DNA of 64,000 nucleotides from the NCBI RefSeq assembly GCF_006345805.1, contig NC_043001.1, positions 30,008,001-30,072,000 of the forward strand, given 5' to 3'. A program made the position numbers and the translations under genes. Source of the DNA: Octopus sinensis. Taxonomy: Eukaryota. Below, one piece after another: positions 59,576-64,000 of this stretch. A model generated the notes under the pieces. The model worked only from the letters and a program-made list of their open reading frames with translations, made no database searches and was not told where the DNA came from. Position 1 is the stretch's first letter. Every line of letters starts with the position of its first letter.

Positions 59576-60983
59576 GTAAAAGCACATTCACAATTATTAT
59601 TTTAGTGCTTTAGAATTTTAATATCTTTGCTTTTATCTTTTTTGTTTTTTGTTGTTCTAAAATCACAATAAAACACCCACTTCTGTTTTATTGTCATTTT
59701 ACCAAACTGCCTTTAGTTACTTAGTTGTTTCAGTTAGATGCCCCTCCTGCTATTAACTACCAAACCATAAATTCACTCCTGCCAGTTAAGCACTTTGAAG
59801 CTCATAGAATATTTTGCTTTACCAGCTGAATTTTTGAGAAGTTCACTTTGCAACCAGGTAGTTTCAGGTTCAGCCCCTCTGCGTGGCACATTGAGCAAGT
59901 GTCTTCTACTGTAGCCCTGGTGTAACCAATGCCTTATAAGTGAATTTAGTAGATGAAAACTTCACAAAGCCCATATGCGTGGGGGCGGGGTCGCATGTGT
60001 GTCTGTATGTATATTATATAAGTATTAGCACTATGACCCGGCAACGCCAGGTTATAGTGCTAGTGCATGCATATACAGCTGCATGCATGTGCACATACAC
60101 ACGAGTACTGTCCAAATTTCCAACCAATCACATACAGCTAGCTGGCATTCAATTGGTGTATCAGGTTTCGGGCATTTTGATTGAGTTTTGGATAGAAAAT
60201 TCACAAAAAGTCACTTCTATTTATTTTTTAATGGCTTTGATGGGTGACTGGGGAAATGTAAAGATGTGCACGACCACCCTTGGACGGTTTTGAATGACCA
60301 TAGAAAGTGCAAACCCTCTAACTGAAAAATTGTGGATTTGTATAAAGGACACACACACAGACAGACATTTTGCCATTTATATATATAGAGATATACAGCT
60401 GGAGTCCAGACAGCTCCCCAGCTGGTTAACTCCTGTCAAACCATCCAAGCCATGCCAGCATGGAAAACAGATATTATACATATATCATCATCATCATTGT
60501 TTAACATCTGTCTGTTGTTTAACCCATGCTAGCATGGGTTTGAATGGTTTGACAGGATTTGGCCAGCTGGGGGGGGGGGCTGTCCAGACTCCACTTGTAT
60601 CTATATATATACATAAAAGTGAGAATGTGTGTGTGTCTGTCTGTTTCTTTGTGTATGTGTGCGTCACTAAAACTCGAGAACTACCTAACTGATTTCATTC
60701 AAATTTTCACATATCTTACTTACAGTCCATGGAGTGTCATGGGCCAAAAAGATTTTCAACTTCTTGCCTAATGCTAGCCTGGAGCAATTTCTTAGACTGT
60801 TTCAGTATTACATGTCAAAAGTGAAACAATAACATCTCTATTGTAATGTGATATATAATAGTTTCACTTTTATATGGTTTTACTTTCAATAGCTTCATTT
60901 CTATTAGTTTCACTATGTATCATCATCATCGTTGTTTAACGTCCGCTTTCCATGTTGGCATGGGTTGGACGGTTTGACTAAGG

Positions 60984-61211
60984 CGGCGAGCTGGCAGAAT
61001 CGTTAGCACGTCGGGCGAAATGCTTTGCGGTATTTCGGCTGCCGTTACGTTGTGAGTTCAAATTCCACCGAGGTTGACTTTGCCTTTCATCCTTTCGGGG
61101 TTGATAAATTAAGTACCAGTTACGCACTGGGGTCGATGTAATCGACTTAATCCGTTTGTCTGTCCTTGTTTGTCCCTTCTGTGTTTAGCCCCTTGTGGTA
61201 GTAAAGAAATA
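60984..61211 (+). mobile_element. SINE family B nested in an RTE 3' fragment, 13-bp TSD
   Basis: GGTTTGACTAAGG at 60971..60983 and 61212..61224; the host element resumes after it. Confidence 0.93.
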
Positions 61212-62128
61212 GGTTTGACTAAGGACCAGCGAGCTAGGAGGCTGCACCAACTCCAATTTGATTAGACAAAGTTCCTACAGCTGGATGCCTTTCCTAATGC
61301 CAACCACTCCAAGAGTGGTGTGGGTGCTTTTACGTACCACCTGCATGGGGGCCAGTCAGGTGGTTCTGGCAACGACCAGGCTCAAAAGGTATTTTTTATG
61401 TGCACCCTGCATGGGAGCCAGTCCAGCGGCACTGGCAACGACCACACTCGAATGTTGCTTTTGTTGTTGTTGTTGATGTGGTGGTGGTGGTGGTGGTGCA
61501 GGAGGAGCAGCAGCAGCAGCAACAACAACCACATGACTAATTCAAGACTTCTTGAATAATTAAACATTTGACAGAATGATGATGATCATCATCGTTTAAC
61601 GTCCGCTTTCCATGCTAGCATGAGTTGGACGATTTTGACTGAGGGCTGGCGAAACAGATGGCTGCACCAGGCTCCAATCTTGATCTGGCAGAGTTTCTAC
61701 AGCTGGATGCCCTTCCTAACACCAACCACTCCGAGAGTGTAGTGGGTGCTTTTTACATGCCACCGGCACGGGGGCCAGTCAGGCGGTACTGGCAACGACC
61801 TCGCTCGAATCTTTTTACACATGCCACCGGCACAGGTGCCAGTAAAGCGATGTTGGTAACGATCACGCTCAGATCTGTATGCTAAAGAGTTGAATAGCTT
61901 GCAATAGTGAGCTCAAATCCTTTTATGGGATACAAGAGTGAAAGGAAGTATTAGGAGTATAGTAATATAATTGATTATCTGAGTCATGCAAAAAAAAATT
62001 GAGTGTTTCACTGATTCTTCTTGAATTTTTGGTATTCAGAAATCAACTATTATGATATACATCTATTGCTTCAAATACTGTTATTTGCTGATATATAATA
62101 TGCTGATAATCATTAATCTATTTTTCAG

Positions 62129-62297
62129 GATTGCTCATCAAACAAAAAAAGAAGACGTGCACGGAGAAACTTTATTTTTGGAACTTCGTCGACAAGTACA
62201 TTGTGCAGCCTATAACTTGCTTATAGCTATCATTTCTTGTACTCAAACGGATCTCAAGTTTTACAATGTCTTTCTGTTTGCTGAAAATGAAGAGAAA
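62129..62297 (+). CDS. PRKDC: DNA-PKcs exon 28 (2-0)
   Basis: tttcag|G...AAA|gtaaat; IAHQTKKEDVHGETLFLELRRQVHCAAYNLLIAIISCTQTDLKFYNVFLFAENEEK. Confidence 0.95.
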
Positions 62298-62552
62298 GTA
62301 AATATTAGTATTTATCTATAGCTAATACCAATAAAAGATTACTCTTTACTCTCTTTTCCTTTTTGACTGTGGCCATGCTGGAGCACCGCCTTTAGTCGAG
62401 CAAATCGACCCCAGGTTTTATGCTTTGTAAGCCGAGTACTTATTCTATCGGTCTCTTTTGCCGAACCACTAAGTTACAGAGATGTAAACACACCAGCATC
62501 GGCTGTCAAGCGATGTTGGGGGGGACAAACACAGATACACAAACACACACAT

Positions 62553-62745
62553 TTATTTAATTTAATTTAATTTAATTTTTATTGGCTCAAAAGTAGAAGC
62601 AAGGCCCATGTAGGGGGACAGGGAGTTATGTACAAGTCATACAAAGAGTTCAGGCCATTTCCGGTCAAGAGAGACTTTGAACCGAGCGGTCATCGGCATC
62701 TTCACTATCTCGTCCGGCAGCTTATTCCACGGATCCGCAACCCGG
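62553..62745 (-). mobile_element. short 3' end of a related CR1 LINE nested in a family A SINE
   Basis: Aligns with 22960..23130 but diverged; tail is (TTAAA)n; ACAT flanks both sides. Confidence 0.82.
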
Positions 62746-63775
62746 ACATATATACGACGGGCTTCTTTCAGTTTCTGTCTACCAAATTTACTCACAAGGC
62801 TTTGGTCGACCGGAGGCTATAGTAGAAGACACTTGCCCAAGATGCGACACAGTGGGACTGAACCCGGAACCATGTGGTTGGTAAGCAAGTTACTTGCCAC
62901 ACAGCCACTCCTATGCCTAGTTATTTTACCTTCTCTGTGAGTTGTTAGGAGTTGAAAGTTTAAGCAGCTCAGTTTGCATTTTTTCACGAGTTATATGACT
63001 TTCTTCTTGTTGTTGCCTTCATCTTCATCACACATTTGTTTTTTCCATACTCGCATGGTTTAGATGGGTCTTGCTACTTCTCTTAGTATTTATCATCTAG
63101 CACACATCAGCAGAGAAAGACTTATTGCAATCATCATTATTTTTTAGATTAACTATTTCTAGACTAGTAAGCGTTGATCATACTTATGGTTTTATTTGCA
63201 CTGACATCCAGAATATAAAGATGGAAGGAATGCCTCTAAGCATTTGGCTAATGATTCTGCCTGCTCACTACTTTAAAGTCAACCTTGGTGGCATTTGAAC
63301 TCAGAACATAAAAACAGAAGAGATATCATTAAACATTTTGCCAAGTGCGCTTATGGTTCTACCAGCTCGCTAATAAAGCCAATGTTGAATGCAGAAAGCT
63401 CTGTGCTCTGAAAAACACCTGTCCCATGTTCACATACCTGCCTAATAATTCGAACTGATCTAGGATAAAGAAAGCTCAAATCTACCATCTTGCTTTGTTG
63501 TAGCAGTTAATAAAGGTGCAGGAAGCCTGTTCTAAAAGAGAAATTTACCATAATCTTATGAAATAAAGTGAATATAATCAGTTCATGTGAAAGATTTGCA
63601 TTCTAGACCCATCCAAACCATGGTGAAATGGCACCAAGTGATGTTGAAAATATTAATAGTATAAAAGTTATAATTTTCTTTATGGAAAACATTAAACCTA
63701 TATAGAATTTAAGAATTTCTCTTGAACCATTTATATTGATGAAAATATGCTTGTTTTCTTTCTTTTTCTTTTTAG

Positions 63776-63841
63776 AAAGAATTTCTATTGGACAATATCA
63801 TTGATAAAGAAAAAAAATATTCATTTCCTATTGTATTTGAG
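63776..63841 (+). CDS. PRKDC: DNA-PKcs exon 29 (0-0)
   Basis: ttttag|AAA...GAG|gtaaat; KEFLLDNIIDKEKKYSFPIVFE. Confidence 0.9.
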
Positions 63842-63892
63842 GTAAATGTTTATAACTTGCAGTTTTTAATCATTTGTGATAACAGTCTAGAA

Positions 63893-64000
63893 TATTGGGT
63901 TGTCCAGAAAGTTCATGCCGATTTTTAAAGGAGATAAAAAGGTCAATAAATACCTACCTTTACTTTTTTAATCAACCAAATATGAACCATTTTGTTGCAC
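63893..64000 (-). mobile_element. mariner 3' end, same family as 13661..14223, running out of the window
   Basis: tattgggttgtccagaaagttcatgccgatttttaaagg matches the reverse complement of the 14160..14223 end. Confidence 0.8.

Larger units (their letters stand above)
1062..63841 (+). other. PRKDC: PRKDC (DNA-PKcs) gene body, internal part, 29 coding exons traced
   Basis: All exons are flanked by AG/GT and phases match throughout (3726 nt, 1242 codons, no stop). Motifs [58 protein letters not shown] and HCAAYN match DNA-PKcs as I recall it, in the same order. Confidence 0.96.

Noticed and set aside
5128-61885. Recurring short ORFs such as MAAPG.NLDLAEFLQLDALPNANHS
   Set aside because: These are antisense translations of the multi-copy RTE 3' UTR, not a gene family.
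1-64000. Bacterial or viral insertion, or a second host gene nested in the introns
   Set aside because: Every long ORF is explained by PRKDC exons, transposons or repeats. The only GC-rich blocks are the CR1 LINE and the solo LTR.

Overview
AT-rich eukaryotic genomic DNA. The repeat landscape (RTE 3' ends with (GAT)n tails, several tRNA-derived SINE families) suggests an octopus or another coleoid cephalopod; this is inference, not a search result. The window lies inside one large + strand gene, PRKDC (DNA-PKcs). I traced 29 internal GT-AG exons by hand (1062..63841, 3726 nt, 1242 codons) whose phases join into one open frame in the HEAT-repeat region; the start and the kinase end lie outside the window. 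The other ~94% is intron packed with mobile DNA: three tRNA-derived SINE families, ~30 RTE-LINE 3' ends, a young CR1-clade LINE with one premature stop, mariner, hAT, Merlin/ISXO2 and Helitron-type relics, a solo LTR, and an 87-bp array of 19 units. The most unusual signal is a set of inverted-repeat cassettes carrying type I hammerhead-ribozyme-like motifs of the Penelope-like type. One is a 584-bp near-perfect palindrome with a hammerhead in each arm. Five of six cassettes end within 300 nt upstream of a PRKDC splice acceptor, and in all three inverted pairs the copy on the pre-mRNA strand is the more damaged one. The hammerhead calls are manual folds and are untested.
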